This document shows positions 1 through 10,251 of a stretch of 64,000 nt of DNA, piece after piece. Every line of letters begins with the position of its first letter. Position 1 is the stretch's first letter. The position numbers and the translations under genes are program-made. The notes below the pieces were generated by a model. That model had not been told where the DNA came from and made no database searches. It saw only the letters and a list, made by a program, of their open reading frames with translations. Source of the DNA: Candidatus Poribacteria bacterium. GTDB taxonomy: Bacteria; Poribacteria; WGA-4E; PCPOR2b. The stretch lies in contig OZ242326.1 in the NCBI GenBank assembly GCA_965208325.1, positions 320,001-384,000 of the forward strand, given 5' to 3'.

Positions 1-97
1 CCACAATTTGCGGCGCATAGGGGCTGAGTAAGATTCACCGGGGATTTTAGGTTAATTCACAGCGGCTATAACGGGCATGGGCGCCTAACGAAATAAA

Positions 98-127
98 AGC
101 CCTACACCTTCGGTCTGGCGTAGGGCT
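98..127. terminator. Hairpin (agccctac...gtagggct), candidate intrinsic terminator downstream of the minus-strand operon
   Basis: 8-bp inverted repeat with an adjacent A-run (U-run on the minus strand), 30 nt past the stop at 157. Confidence 0.5.
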
Positions 128-156
128 AATTATCGGAACGCATAGAAAACCACAGT

Positions 157-1149
157 TTAAAACAAGAGATCGTCGCCAGTTTCTGGGGTTTCCGGGGCAA
201 TTATAGCTTGTTTTTTGCCGCCGACAGTCAGATAGAATTGGAAACCGGGTTCATTCACAAAACCAACATAAAAGGCAGATGTATTAGAGAGTTGGTAGCG
301 CAATCCGAGGCTGAGCAAGTTAGTGATTGTGACGCCGCTAAGTGACAAAGCCCGCGAAAAGTCGCCTGCCAACCATAAGTCCTCAGAAAATGCCAACTCA
401 CCGCCCAATTGCCATATCAAAGTGAACGAATCCGTAGTCTTGAGTGACTTCGATGAAAGATATGCCCCCAAGGCGCTGTGTGCGTTTAGGTATTCATTGA
501 ACTTCTGTGTACCTACCAGATAGGTGTCGATTCCAACAAACGGAAAACTATCGTGAGGGGTTCGGTCGAGAAACTCATTGTCCGTATTTAGCCTATTGTC
601 GGCGGTATACCCAATCTGAATGTCTCCACCCACCGATAAGCTAGGCAGCCCATCATGCACCTCAGGTTTGATATTATATTTGAGTCCAATAACGGTGTCA
701 AACAGCGCTTGATTGTAGACACGCCTGTTTTCTACCGGGTCGAGTGGCAATGCATCTTTATCCGCGTCGTGGACTCGATAAAAATCAGGGATAATCTTGC
801 GGACGCCGCCAGTGGCGAAGGTGCCGCCCAAGGTAAAATCTAATCTATCGCTGAGACCATAGGTGAATCGTATCGGCGCCAAAAAAGTCTCAATCTCCAG
901 TTCGACAAGATGAAATTCTTCAAAACCTCCAACAACCACGCGTTGTCTGTTTTCAGGCATTCGCCTTTCTTTCTCGAATTGGAAAAGCCCAAAGTTAGTC
1001 GTGTAACCTCCTTTACCAAGCGTATCAGCCGTTTGCATCACGCCAAGTTGGGGTGCTGACGCTTTTCCAACCGTAGGGATTATGGCTACGGCGATAACAG
1101 TGGAGATTATTAGAAGACATCGGCCTCGCGGTAATGGAAGAATTTGCAT
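157..1149 (-). CDS. Hypothetical exported protein, likely outer-membrane beta-barrel
   Basis: ORF 157..1203; likely start ATG at 1149 with GGAGA RBS; signal-like N-terminus and amphipathic strands (LGLRYQL, IGLKYNI). Confidence 0.55.
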   Translation of the reverse strand: MQILPLPRGRCLLIISTVIAVAIIPTVGKASAPQLGVMQTADTLGKGGYTTNFGLFQFEKERRMPENRQRVVVGGFEEFHLVELEIETFLAPIRFTYGLSDRLDFTLGGTFATGGVRKIIPDFYRVHDADKDALPLDPVENRRVYNQALFDTVIGLKYNIKPEVHDGLPSLSVGGDIQIGYTADNRLNTDNEFLDRTPHDSFPFVGIDTYLVGTQKFNEYLNAHSALGAYLSSKSLKTTDSFTLIWQLGGELAFSEDLWLAGDFSRALSLSGVTITNLLSLGLRYQLSNTSAFYVGFVNEPGFQFYLTVGGKKQAIIAPETPETGDDLLF

Positions 1150-1261
1150 GGATCTCCTTACACTAGAAATTTTGAGTATTGCCAACTCTATGAGTAGGTA
1201 CAAGCCCTAATCTCGTTGCAATAGTTGAATTTAACCGTGTGAAGTGAAAAATCGGCGGCTT

Positions 1262-2410
1262 TCAATTGAAAGGCACCCGCTCGCTTTCATCCAAACTGCC
1301 GTCGGGCCTCGACGTGTCATCAAACGCCGAAATGAAATATTTACGCGGTACACGCCGTTGCCCGTCGAGGAGCAGCGGCTCCGATTCGTATGTGACTTGC
1401 GTCTCTTTTGGCTTAAATTTTGCCCGAAAAACCAAATCATCCCCTAAAACCAACGGCCCGCCAACTCTCGTTGTCGCGTAGATATGATAGCCGGCGAGGT
1501 CGCGTTCGGTGTTTCGAGCCCAAGAAAGAGTAACGACATATTTGCCGGTCCACGGGTCTACCCATCCTACTGCCGCGACGTTCCGTGGTGAAGCTGGCGG
1601 CAAATGCGGTGAAGTGGCATTGAATTTTGTTTCTGCTTCAACACCGAATTGGTCTACAGCGATGACTCGATAGACTTTGGTAATCCCGTCATGGTCGAAG
1701 CTAGTATCGAAGAAGTAGATGGGTTCATTTCCAAAGCGCTGGCCTTCCGTAAGTTCATTAAACGAAATTTCACCAAGCAGTTTAAATAGCGGAAGGTCTC
1801 CGGACGATGAGGTTTTACCGGCGAGCACGCGAAAGGTTTTAAAATCATCCGGGAAGTGATAATCTTCCCAAAATAGTTTGACAGTTAAATCATCCACTTG
1901 ATCGCCAATGTGGACGATTGGATCGGGGGGCGGGACGCTCGGCGTGACGCGTGCATTTGGCCAAATTCGAAGCGGGACATCGTTGTCATCTAGCAGCTCA
2001 TTCGGATCGGGAGTTTCAACTCCGTTTTTGTCTACATAGGAGATTCGGTAGACGTAGTAAAGTTGTCTGCCTTGCGTGAGATCAAACGCATCGTTGACGA
2101 GACCTTCATCAATAAAAACCGAAGTCGCGGCATCAACCTCCCCAACAAGTTCAAACGGAGAATCGGTGTCGCCCGTAAACCATCGATAAATCCGATAATT
2201 GACAATTCCCTCAAATCCGGTATTCTGCCACGAAACTGTTACTTGTGCATCGCCGGCATGCAGCTCTAAGCCAGGAGGTGAACCTGCGGTGCGTAAATTC
2301 TCTGGATCAAATGGATTGACGTAATCTCTATCGTTGGTACATCCGTCCAACAACAGAGCAAAACTGAGAATTGCAACAGGGATTAATGATTCGATACTGA
2401 AAAGTCTCAT
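1262..2410 (-). CDS. Lipoprotein with fibronectin type III-like domains
   Basis: Lipobox LLDGC; FN3-like motifs VTVSW..YRIYR and VTLSW..LAGYHIY. Confidence 0.65.
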   Translation of the reverse strand: MRLFSIESLIPVAILSFALLLDGCTNDRDYVNPFDPENLRTAGSPPGLELHAGDAQVTVSWQNTGFEGIVNYRIYRWFTGDTDSPFELVGEVDAATSVFIDEGLVNDAFDLTQGRQLYYVYRISYVDKNGVETPDPNELLDDNDVPLRIWPNARVTPSVPPPDPIVHIGDQVDDLTVKLFWEDYHFPDDFKTFRVLAGKTSSSGDLPLFKLLGEISFNELTEGQRFGNEPIYFFDTSFDHDGITKVYRVIAVDQFGVEAETKFNATSPHLPPASPRNVAAVGWVDPWTGKYVVTLSWARNTERDLAGYHIYATTRVGGPLVLGDDLVFRAKFKPKETQVTYESEPLLLDGQRRVPRKYFISAFDDTSRPDGSLDESERVPFN

Positions 2411-2424
2411 GCTGCCATTTCCCT

Positions 2425-2871
2425 TCAGAATCGGTGTTTAAACAAAACCTTGGCTTCCTGAGTTTCCACGTTGTAGCTCGGCGTTAGTCCGATCCTGAGT
2501 AACGAAGTCGCAGATGAATTAGAAATCAAATTCAGGTTATCGAAGATTGAAATCAACGCAGCCAACCCGACAAATCCCATCCCTATCCCAGACATTAACG
2601 CACTAGAATCACGTTTATTTGTATAGTCTGCCCTTTGTTTAACAATGTCGCCTTGTACGGCTGCATTTAAGTATAAATCAAAGGAATCTTCGGCAGATTT
2701 ATCGACGATGACGCTCCCAAATTTTAATCCCATACCAGAGGCAAACAGAGCAATCGTTAGCAGGCGCGTACCATCCGCAGCTTGTGAGGAAGGGATTCGA
2801 ATTGAAAAATACAACATGCAGCATGCAATGACAAAGACTGCAATCTTCCTAATCCTAGGTAGCTTCATCAA
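2425..2871 (-). CDS. Hypothetical membrane/exported protein
   Basis: 148-aa ORF coupled to the VanZ gene; hydrophobic segments. Confidence 0.55.
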   Translation of the reverse strand: MMKLPRIRKIAVFVIACCMLYFSIRIPSSQAADGTRLLTIALFASGMGLKFGSVIVDKSAEDSFDLYLNAAVQGDIVKQRADYTNKRDSSALMSGIGMGFVGLAALISIFDNLNLISNSSATSLLRIGLTPSYNVETQEAKVLFKHRF

Positions 2872-3359
2872 GAATCCTCCACAGATAGACCTCGCATCTT
2901 AATCGATGCTTTTGAAAATCGACACCAGAGGTACATCGAAACCACACCCAAGAAACCGCCTAAGCAGTCGGCGGTCCAATCCAGAATGCTAACAACTCTG
3001 CCAGGTACAAAAGACTGGTGCCATTCGTCGCTTGCCCCATAAAGAATTACGAACAGGAATGAGAAGAGCCAAGGAGCGCGGCGAATAACGTTAATAGAAA
3101 CATTCACGAATGCATGCGCAACCAAAATTCCTAGGACAGTGTACTCTAGAACGTGATATAATTTATCAAGGATATGCCAATCTACATTGGGGATATGCGG
3201 TTTGGATAGTGAAGAAAAATAAAAAATTATCGCCATGCAACCTAGCGGCGGTAACCAATATTTTAAAAATCGTAGGATGTAATCCCCTCCAATAAATCGT
3301 GTTACTTTTTTTAGCGCAACGTTAAGGGCAATTATACCTAATATGATTTTTCGTTGCAA
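2868..3359 (-). CDS. VanZ family membrane protein
   Basis: Motifs DKLYHVLEY and YGASDEWHQSFVPGR..DWTADCLG; true start may be downstream. Confidence 0.85.
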   Translation of the reverse strand: MQRKIILGIIALNVALKKVTRFIGGDYILRFLKYWLPPLGCMAIIFYFSSLSKPHIPNVDWHILDKLYHVLEYTVLGILVAHAFVNVSINVIRRAPWLFSFLFVILYGASDEWHQSFVPGRVVSILDWTADCLGGFLGVVSMYLWCRFSKASIKMRGLSVEDS

Positions 3360-3493
3360 GGTTTTTTGCTTTGTGCGTTACGAAAATTCACAATCTCTAG
3401 AGTGCGCTGGCTTTCGAAATTCACATGATTGATTTAGGCAGATTGAAATTAGTAAAATATGTCACACGTACAAATTGAAAGTCGGTTTATGGA

Positions 3494-4168
3494 ATGGTGG
3501 GAGATGTGATGATGCGATTTCGACGTCTGTTTTGGTTGAGTCTTTGTGTTGTTGGACTGACTCCCCTTGGCTGCGGTGATAGCTCGGTTTTGGATATTAG
3601 AGAAAATGAAACTCAAGAAACAACTATCCCGCGCGAAAGCGTTTCAATCATGGGAAGGGTATTGCCAGTCGGGATAATGCCGTTAATTATTGTGCAGAGA
3701 AATGGGATAGACTTCAAGAACACTGTCGCCGACGAAGAGGGAAATTTTACTATTCCAAACCTTCCGGTCGGAGAGTACAGTGTTCGCGTGATTGCGACCG
3801 GCTTCTTTACAGATATATCAATAAACCATTTGCAACTGAAGGCAGGGGAAACGTACGTCGCAGAGCCCGTAACTCTGATTGCGAGATCAGAGGCGGCGAC
3901 GTTGCTTGGACAGGTGGTTGACAAAGCGGACAACACCACTATATCCGATGCCGAGGTTCATGTTGAGTGTTCAACGGGAGTGTGCGCGCTTTTGAGCGCA
4001 ACGTCGGATCAGAATGGAAAATTCTCAATAAAAATTTGGTCTGGCTTAAGCTCAATTTTCAATGTGCAAAAACTAGGATATCAAATATCGTCTTTCCAAG
4101 TGGAAGCCTTAAAACCCAACGAGAAACGCGATTTAGGCAGAATTGAAATGGAACGCATTGAACCGTGA
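3494..4168 (+). CDS. Lipoprotein with carboxypeptidase-regulatory-like domains
   Basis: Lipobox PLGC; two repeats of the type ADEEGNFTIPNLPVGEYSV / SDQNGKFSI. Confidence 0.7.
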   Translation: MVGDVMMRFRRLFWLSLCVVGLTPLGCGDSSVLDIRENETQETTIPRESVSIMGRVLPVGIMPLIIVQRNGIDFKNTVADEEGNFTIPNLPVGEYSVRVIATGFFTDISINHLQLKAGETYVAEPVTLIARSEAATLLGQVVDKADNTTISDAEVHVECSTGVCALLSATSDQNGKFSIKIWSGLSSIFNVQKLGYQISSFQVEALKPNEKRDLGRIEMERIEP

Positions 4169-4344
4169 GGTCGTTTTAAATCCAACAAAAAGTCTGCTCG
4201 CAGTTAGTGTTTCAAAAATCTGTTGTGACTAGTTATCCAAAATTCGTTGGGTTCATTCTCCACGTACAACTAGGCACGAATATTCTGCAACTCATATAGG
4301 CATGCCGCAATTTTCCGGCCTTATTATGTTTAGACCGTCGCGCG

Positions 4345-4698
4345 CTACTTTCTCCGCCAAATAATGCGGCCTCGAGTCAAATCGTACGGCGAAAGTTCAA
4401 CACTAACCTTGTCGCCCGGCAGAATTCTGATGTAGTTTTTCCTCAACTTTCCAGCGATGTGAGCCAAGATCAAGTGCTTATTGTCCAACTCGACACGGAA
4501 CATAGCATTCGGCAGCGTTTCCAAGACGGTACCTTCCACCTGAATTGCGTTGTCCTTCGCTTTCACGTCTGACCTAACTGGATCATCAGATACGTTGTCG
4601 CTCTTGGGCTGCGCATTTCCTTGTTGGTTCTTCCGCTTTTGTTTCTTTTTGAACTGGTATTGTCCAGCACGTCTTTGCGCGGGTTTGCTCTTTTTCAC
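4345..4698 (-). CDS. infA: Translation initiation factor IF-1 with N-terminal extension
   Basis: [20 protein letters not shown]...[26 protein letters not shown] start with AAGGAG RBS. Confidence 0.95.
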   Translation of the reverse strand: MKKSKPAQRRAGQYQFKKKQKRKNQQGNAQPKSDNVSDDPVRSDVKAKDNAIQVEGTVLETLPNAMFRVELDNKHLILAHIAGKLRKNYIRILPGDKVSVELSPYDLTRGRIIWRRK

Positions 4699-4819
4699 TC
4701 GTCTTCGTCTCCTTCTTGGAGGTTGGAAATTAATCTAACACTAATTCGCAAAGCGAAATTGGCACTGTCTGCTGTGCTCAATTGGAGCTCGCAGGTAGCT
4801 GTCTGTATCGCAGCCAATT

Positions 4820-5623
4820 TCACTCATCTTCTAGACTGAAAATTTTGTTTTTTTCGATTACAAGCTGGCGAAAACAGTTAACAGCTTCTTGTAGTTGCGA
4901 TTCAGCCTCCGCTGCATCAATACCGGTGGAAATGAGATCGACAGGCATGTACTCACTATCAGTACGCCGCAAGGCAATGTACGCCTTCAGATAAACGCCC
5001 GGATGCGTGTTCATCACAACTTGTAACAGTGGCGAAACTTCCGATTCGAACATATTCACATAAACGCGCAATGCCGCCACTCGCGCGCGATAGCGGTCAG
5101 CGATTAGAAGTGCAACGTGGCTGTCAAAGATTGCCTTCATCTCTTCCGGCGGTCCTGGCATCATGAGAATCGTGGACTGATCTTTCGTGACGCTGGAGCA
5201 AGGTGCCCAACCGACAGGATTCTGAAAGATGTGAGCGGTTTCAGGGACAGTTGCCATTTTTATCATGGCAGGGCTAACATCAACACGACTCGTCAATTTA
5301 CGTCTATCCATGAAGCCCGTTAAGGTCGCCTCGTCCACAATCGCCGGTTTTCCGATTATCTTTGCGACAGCCCCGACAGTCATGTCATCGGGTGTTGGCC
5401 CGAGGCCTCCGGTTGTCAAAATAAGGTCTGTTCCTCTGCTAACTGAACTCTCTAGTGCATCTATCATCTCATCAAAATCATCACGAATCATCGTTACTCG
5501 GCGTAGTCTACCTCCCAACTCAAGCATTCGTTGTGCCATCCAAAATGCATTTGTATCCTGAATCTGGCCCAAAATTAACTCGGTCCCAATCGAAAACAGC
5601 TCAATGACAGGTACCTTTTCCAC
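4820..5623 (-). CDS. CinA-like protein, COG1058 (MoCF-type) domain only; possible ADP-ribose pyrophosphatase
   Basis: IGTELILGQIQDTN, GGLGPTPDD, MPGPP; no PncC C-terminal domain. Confidence 0.85.
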   Translation of the reverse strand: MEKVPVIELFSIGTELILGQIQDTNAFWMAQRMLELGGRLRRVTMIRDDFDEMIDALESSVSRGTDLILTTGGLGPTPDDMTVGAVAKIIGKPAIVDEATLTGFMDRRKLTSRVDVSPAMIKMATVPETAHIFQNPVGWAPCSSVTKDQSTILMMPGPPEEMKAIFDSHVALLIADRYRARVAALRVYVNMFESEVSPLLQVVMNTHPGVYLKAYIALRRTDSEYMPVDLISTGIDAAEAESQLQEAVNCFRQLVIEKNKIFSLEDE

Positions 5624-5735
5624 TTAAACTTCCTCGTGGCCGTGGCCGAGCAACTCGGGTATCGCACTCAAATTGAAGCTATACCTTTTACACATGGATT
5701 CAATTCCCAATCGCTCTGTTTTTCCCAGCACGCCA

Positions 5736-7037
5736 TCATGAATTTAACAAATTGAAAACTAAGCCGGTTGCCATCTTTGGGTAAAAATAGGTGGATTTCT
5801 GCGGCATGGTTTTGTTGGCTGTTGCGACTTGATTGACTTGCGAGACTAGCGTGGGATTCATCAGCAGCGCGACACGTCCTTCGCCGTCCTTGACATAGCG
5901 GATAACTTCATGAGTATCCACTGTGTAGCTAACCTGTTTCTGATGGCTAGGGATTGTTGTATCTATTCCAAATCCTTTATTTATCAAGCGGTCGTGAAGC
6001 AGTGTAACATCAAGCAACTTTGAAGCTGGTGGTTTTTTTTCTTCGTTGACTCGCGGCACAAGGAGGCGGTAATATCCATCGCTAGTATACATGCCAAATG
6101 CAGCGCATGTACCGGCAAGCGCGTAAAGATTTTCGAGAAGTGCGCTCTGGTTTGTGTGCATGGTCACGTCGAACGATTCCGGTAACTGCTTAATTGCTTG
6201 TGTAATCCGGTCAGCGCTCAATCCGTGGAGTAGCCGGTGGATGGCGAGGACTACCAACCCCGGTGATTCCATTCGAACCAGGTTCATCATCATATAATTA
6301 TAACCCTCCTCGCCAGTCCATTCCGAAGCGTGCGCGCGAAGTTCATCACGAAAGGCAAGGGCGGTCTCATAGCGATGGTGTCCATCGGCAATGACCAGCA
6401 ATTTATCTTCAAACGCCGTTTGAATTTCGCGAGTTACAACTGCATCATCTAACCGCCACAGTCGGTGGGTGCTTCCAAAAACCTCCTGTACATCGATCAG
6501 AGGCCGAATTGATGAAGTAAAACGCACTATCGAATGCTCGATTTCTCCCGCTGGATCAGAATACAGGAGGAAAATTGGACTCAAATTGGCGTGGCACGCA
6601 CGCATTAGGTTAAGCCGGTCTGCCTTTGGTGCAGCAAGCGTCTTTTCGTGTGGAAAAACCATTCCCGCCCCAAAAGGTTGTAATTTCCCGACACCTACCA
6701 ACGCCCGCCGCGTAAAACCGTGTCCATCAGGTGTGGTGAACGATTGATCGTAAACGTAGTAGTTCGGCGACGCATCTTGTATTAGAACGCGCTCCGAAAC
6801 CCAATTTCTCAAAGTTGCCGCCGCACGGGTGTATTGATTGTCCGCGTCCGTATCTTTTTCATATGGCTGGCTCAAAATTAGTCGTACGACATTGTTCGCA
6901 TGCTGATTTTCCAAAGTAACCCGCTGTTTTTCTTTAATGACATCATAAGGCGGGGCAACCACTTGTCCGATACAGTTAATTTTTTGGGGGTTGTAACGCA
7001 ACCCGCGAAAAGGTAAGATTTCCACGTTTAATCCCAC
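5736..7037 (-). CDS. DUF1015 family protein
   Basis: PFRGLRY, APPYDVI, PHEKT, IADGHHRYETA, MPQKSTYFYPK. Confidence 0.9.
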   Translation of the reverse strand: MGLNVEILPFRGLRYNPQKINCIGQVVAPPYDVIKEKQRVTLENQHANNVVRLILSQPYEKDTDADNQYTRAAATLRNWVSERVLIQDASPNYYVYDQSFTTPDGHGFTRRALVGVGKLQPFGAGMVFPHEKTLAAPKADRLNLMRACHANLSPIFLLYSDPAGEIEHSIVRFTSSIRPLIDVQEVFGSTHRLWRLDDAVVTREIQTAFEDKLLVIADGHHRYETALAFRDELRAHASEWTGEEGYNYMMMNLVRMESPGLVVLAIHRLLHGLSADRITQAIKQLPESFDVTMHTNQSALLENLYALAGTCAAFGMYTSDGYYRLLVPRVNEEKKPPASKLLDVTLLHDRLINKGFGIDTTIPSHQKQVSYTVDTHEVIRYVKDGEGRVALLMNPTLVSQVNQVATANKTMPQKSTYFYPKMATGLVFNLLNS

Positions 7038-7957
7038 AACCTCGTGCTGAAATACCGTTCTCCGAGATCGTTGAAAATGGTGACAATTGTGCCGTTTTGA
7101 ATCTGTTTAGCGACTTCGTAAGCGCCCTGCAGATATCCTCCCGAAGATTGCCCAACGAACCAGCCGCGCTTTGCGAGCCGGCTGCACATTTCATACGCTT
7201 GATCGATTGTCACAGGTATCCTGCAATCGATAATGTCTTTATCGAGAATCTCTGGTACAATGTTCCCAGGCTTTCCCAGCGGTTTTAGGCCTTCGATTCC
7301 AGGGAACTCATCGGGGGCGATGCAACAAATTTGGATTTCTGGGTCGTATTGCTTAAATCGCCTTCCAATGCCTGTTATAGTCCCGCCCGTACCCACTCCG
7401 GCGACAAAATGAGTCACTTTACCGCCGGTCTGCTCCCAAATTTCAATCGCTGTTGTGTCATAATGCCCACGCCAGTTGTTTTCGTTGCCGTACTGATCCG
7501 CCATATAATATTTCTCTGGATTCGCCTCATGGCGGCGAATCGCTTCGTGCAACGCTTCGTCATATCCGTGAATTGCATCGGTGTAAATGATTTTCGCTCC
7601 ATGCGCTTGAATTCGCTTTTTCCGCTCCTCACTGGCATTGCTAGGCATTACAAGTTCAACCCGATAACCTAAAATGCCGCCAATCATGGCATAGGCGATC
7701 CCTGCGTTTCCCGATGTGGAATCTAGGATAGTTTTTCCCGGTGTTAATTTTCCCGCTATAACTGCTTCAGTCAACATTCTGAGTACGGGGCGATCCTTAA
7801 TTGAGTAACCTGGATTATACATCTCGGCTTTCGCATAAATATTGACGCCAGGAAACTCATCGGCAAAAAGATCGATTTTGACAAGGGGGGTATTTCCAAT
7901 TTGTTGAAGGAGTGGGTAGCTCGAAAGATTAAAAGAACTAGCGGACCGTCTACTCAT
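7028..7957 (-). CDS. cysM: PLP-dependent cysteine synthase (CysM-like)
   Basis: IGNTPLV, NPGYSIKDR (PLP lysine), STSGNAG, GVGTGGT. Confidence 0.85.
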   Translation of the reverse strand: MSRRSASSFNLSSYPLLQQIGNTPLVKIDLFADEFPGVNIYAKAEMYNPGYSIKDRPVLRMLTEAVIAGKLTPGKTILDSTSGNAGIAYAMIGGILGYRVELVMPSNASEERKKRIQAHGAKIIYTDAIHGYDEALHEAIRRHEANPEKYYMADQYGNENNWRGHYDTTAIEIWEQTGGKVTHFVAGVGTGGTITGIGRRFKQYDPEIQICCIAPDEFPGIEGLKPLGKPGNIVPEILDKDIIDCRIPVTIDQAYEMCSRLAKRGWFVGQSSGGYLQGAYEVAKQIQNGTIVTIFNDLGERYFSTRLWD

Positions 7958-8111
7958 TTAAAATTATGCATTCCTTCTTTAGCCACTCTCCCGGCTGTTT
8001 AACGTTAAGGCGAACAGATCAAAAAAACGGTCAGGCGTCTCGAACAGTAATCAATGAAGTCGCGGAAAGTAAGCATCGGCAGGAAAAAATTCTGAACTCT
8101 CCGTGGAATCA

Positions 8112-8894
8112 TCACTCAAGAGGATTATCAAGCGTTCCTATCAAACTTGCTAGGTAATCGCGATCTCTTTGCAAGGCTTCTAACTTATCATCCCCATGAA
8201 CAAACTCAACTTCGAGATAGCCCTCATATTCGTGAGAGTTTAAGATTTCAATAACTCTAGCGTAATCCACAACACCCTCCGCGATCGGACAACCGTTTCC
8301 ACTTGCATCAGCATTTTGGGCATGCACATTGACTATATGAGGCGCGAGTTTTTCCGCGGCGTCGTACGGGTCATCTTCATCTGATCCGAAGAAGGGCTGG
8401 TAGTAGGTTTTTAGGGCGGGCAATTCCACATTTTCAACAAGTTCAAGGGTGCTAGCGATACTGTCCGTTAAATTGTTGTTATGCATTTCCAGACCTAGTG
8501 TGAGTTGGCGAAATTGCGCCCACTGGGTGAGACTCGTCAATCGGAAGTTAATCATGCGTTTGTCTTCAGGATTAATGGTCTTGGAAGGGCCGCCTCCCGA
8601 CCAAATTCGCACAAGATTGGTGCGCAACCCCTGCGCGATTTTAAAAGCTTCTTCCAAATGCTGCTGATACCAAGGCATGAGCGGGTTTACATAAGAGCCA
8701 AGAGCTGAGACTGCTAATCCTTTTCCCAATACCATCTCTCTTACCTTTTGCACGTGTTCCGCATCGTAAGTTGGCGGCATGTGCGGCTCTTTTCCCCAAA
8801 TTTCGATGCCATCAAAACCGTAATCCGCCGCAATATTTACAACCTCCTCAAGAGGTTTCTCACGAAAAGCAATTGTGCACAGACCTAACTTCAT
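8112..8894 (-). CDS. Sugar phosphate isomerase/epimerase (xylose isomerase-like TIM barrel)
   Basis: GFDGIEIWG, LEMH, NVHAQN, YLEVEF. Confidence 0.8.
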   Translation of the reverse strand: MKLGLCTIAFREKPLEEVVNIAADYGFDGIEIWGKEPHMPPTYDAEHVQKVREMVLGKGLAVSALGSYVNPLMPWYQQHLEEAFKIAQGLRTNLVRIWSGGGPSKTINPEDKRMINFRLTSLTQWAQFRQLTLGLEMHNNNLTDSIASTLELVENVELPALKTYYQPFFGSDEDDPYDAAEKLAPHIVNVHAQNADASGNGCPIAEGVVDYARVIEILNSHEYEGYLEVEFVHGDDKLEALQRDRDYLASLIGTLDNPLE

Positions 8895-9105
8895 CTCAAA
8901 CTCGCCTTCCCTATGTTGGTTGTATGTTGGCGCATATCAGTATCCAAAAGCATACCACAAACAGAATTATCTTTCAACCGAATCTTAGCAAAATTAGCTT
9001 CACGGTTTTTCAGATTCCAATAAGTAAACTCGGCATTTTTTGAATTATAAGGAATTTTCATCGTCTCGGCAATGTTCTAGTACGGAGTACGGTTTGTACG
9101 GATTT

Positions 9106-10251
9106 TCAAACGCCCGCAGGATAGAAAGTCGCCGTTTGTGTGTTTACAAACTTGGAAGCATTACGTAAAGTAATCCCTTGATTCCCGTAGACTGTCCTAA
9201 GTTGACCGCAAGCAGCAGTGATATCTTTGCCTTTGCTGAAACGAATTGGCGCGATATAGCACTTTTTCGAAACAATCCGGCGAAACTGTTCAATCCGATT
9301 AGCCTCTGGGCGGCGAAACTCGGAATCTTCGATTTCGTTGAAGGGGATTATATTCAGCTTACACGGTAAGCGGCTCATAAGTTTACAGATGCGATGGGCG
9401 TCCTCAACCCCATCATTCACGTCTCGAATAAGGACATATTCCAACGTGACGGGGTTTCCAGACGCCAATGTCCACTCCCGCGCGGCGTCGAGCACATCTG
9501 CGATTGGGTATCGCGTATTGATTGGCATGAGTCGCATGCGGACTTTATCCGTTGTTGCGTTCAGTGAGAGTGCTAACTGGCATTTCAACCCTTCTCTGGC
9601 AAATTGTCGCATACGAGGGGCTAGCCCGACGGTTGACACCGTGATTCTCCTCTCCGGTAAACCCAAGCCTTCAACACGAGTCATAAGACGCACTGCATTC
9701 ACGGTTTGATCGTAGTTTGCCAGCGGTTCTCCCATACCCATGAACACAACATGGGTTACGTCTTTGTCGCCATCCAACTCGCGCTGAATGGCGATCACTT
9801 GATCCACGATTTCAGCCGATGATAGATTGCGGAAAAAACCCATTTTCCCCGTTGCACAAAAGTCACATGCCATTGCACAACCTACCTGCGATGAGACGCA
9901 TACCGTCATGCGACTTCGGTCCGGCATCAGCACACTTTCGATACGGCTCCCATCTGCAAGTTCAAACAAATATTTGACAGCCGAATCCAAATCGGACTCG
10001 GCGCGGGCACAAACCCTGATATCGCTGACGCAAGCCGCATCAGACAATTTCCGCCTAAATGATTTGGGCAGATTCGTCATCATTTGAAAATCTGTTTCGC
10101 AGTGATGGTACAGCCATGACATCAGTTGTTTTGCGCGAAATTTTGGCTCTCTCCACCCTTCAACCAATTCCTCCAGCTCCAGAAGTGGCAAACCCTTCAA
10201 GTTAACCTTGCTCATGGGTAATTCTGTATGTGTCATGCCGTTCTCATCCAT
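9106..10251 (-). CDS. rlmN: 23S rRNA/tRNA m2A methyltransferase RlmN
   Basis: Radical SAM CAMACDFC, MGMGEP, AACGQL. Confidence 0.95.
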   Translation of the reverse strand: MDENGMTHTELPMSKVNLKGLPLLELEELVEGWREPKFRAKQLMSWLYHHCETDFQMMTNLPKSFRRKLSDAACVSDIRVCARAESDLDSAVKYLFELADGSRIESVLMPDRSRMTVCVSSQVGCAMACDFCATGKMGFFRNLSSAEIVDQVIAIQRELDGDKDVTHVVFMGMGEPLANYDQTVNAVRLMTRVEGLGLPERRITVSTVGLAPRMRQFAREGLKCQLALSLNATTDKVRMRLMPINTRYPIADVLDAAREWTLASGNPVTLEYVLIRDVNDGVEDAHRICKLMSRLPCKLNIIPFNEIEDSEFRRPEANRIEQFRRIVSKKCYIAPIRFSKGKDITAACGQLRTVYGNQGITLRNASKFVNTQTATFYPAGV

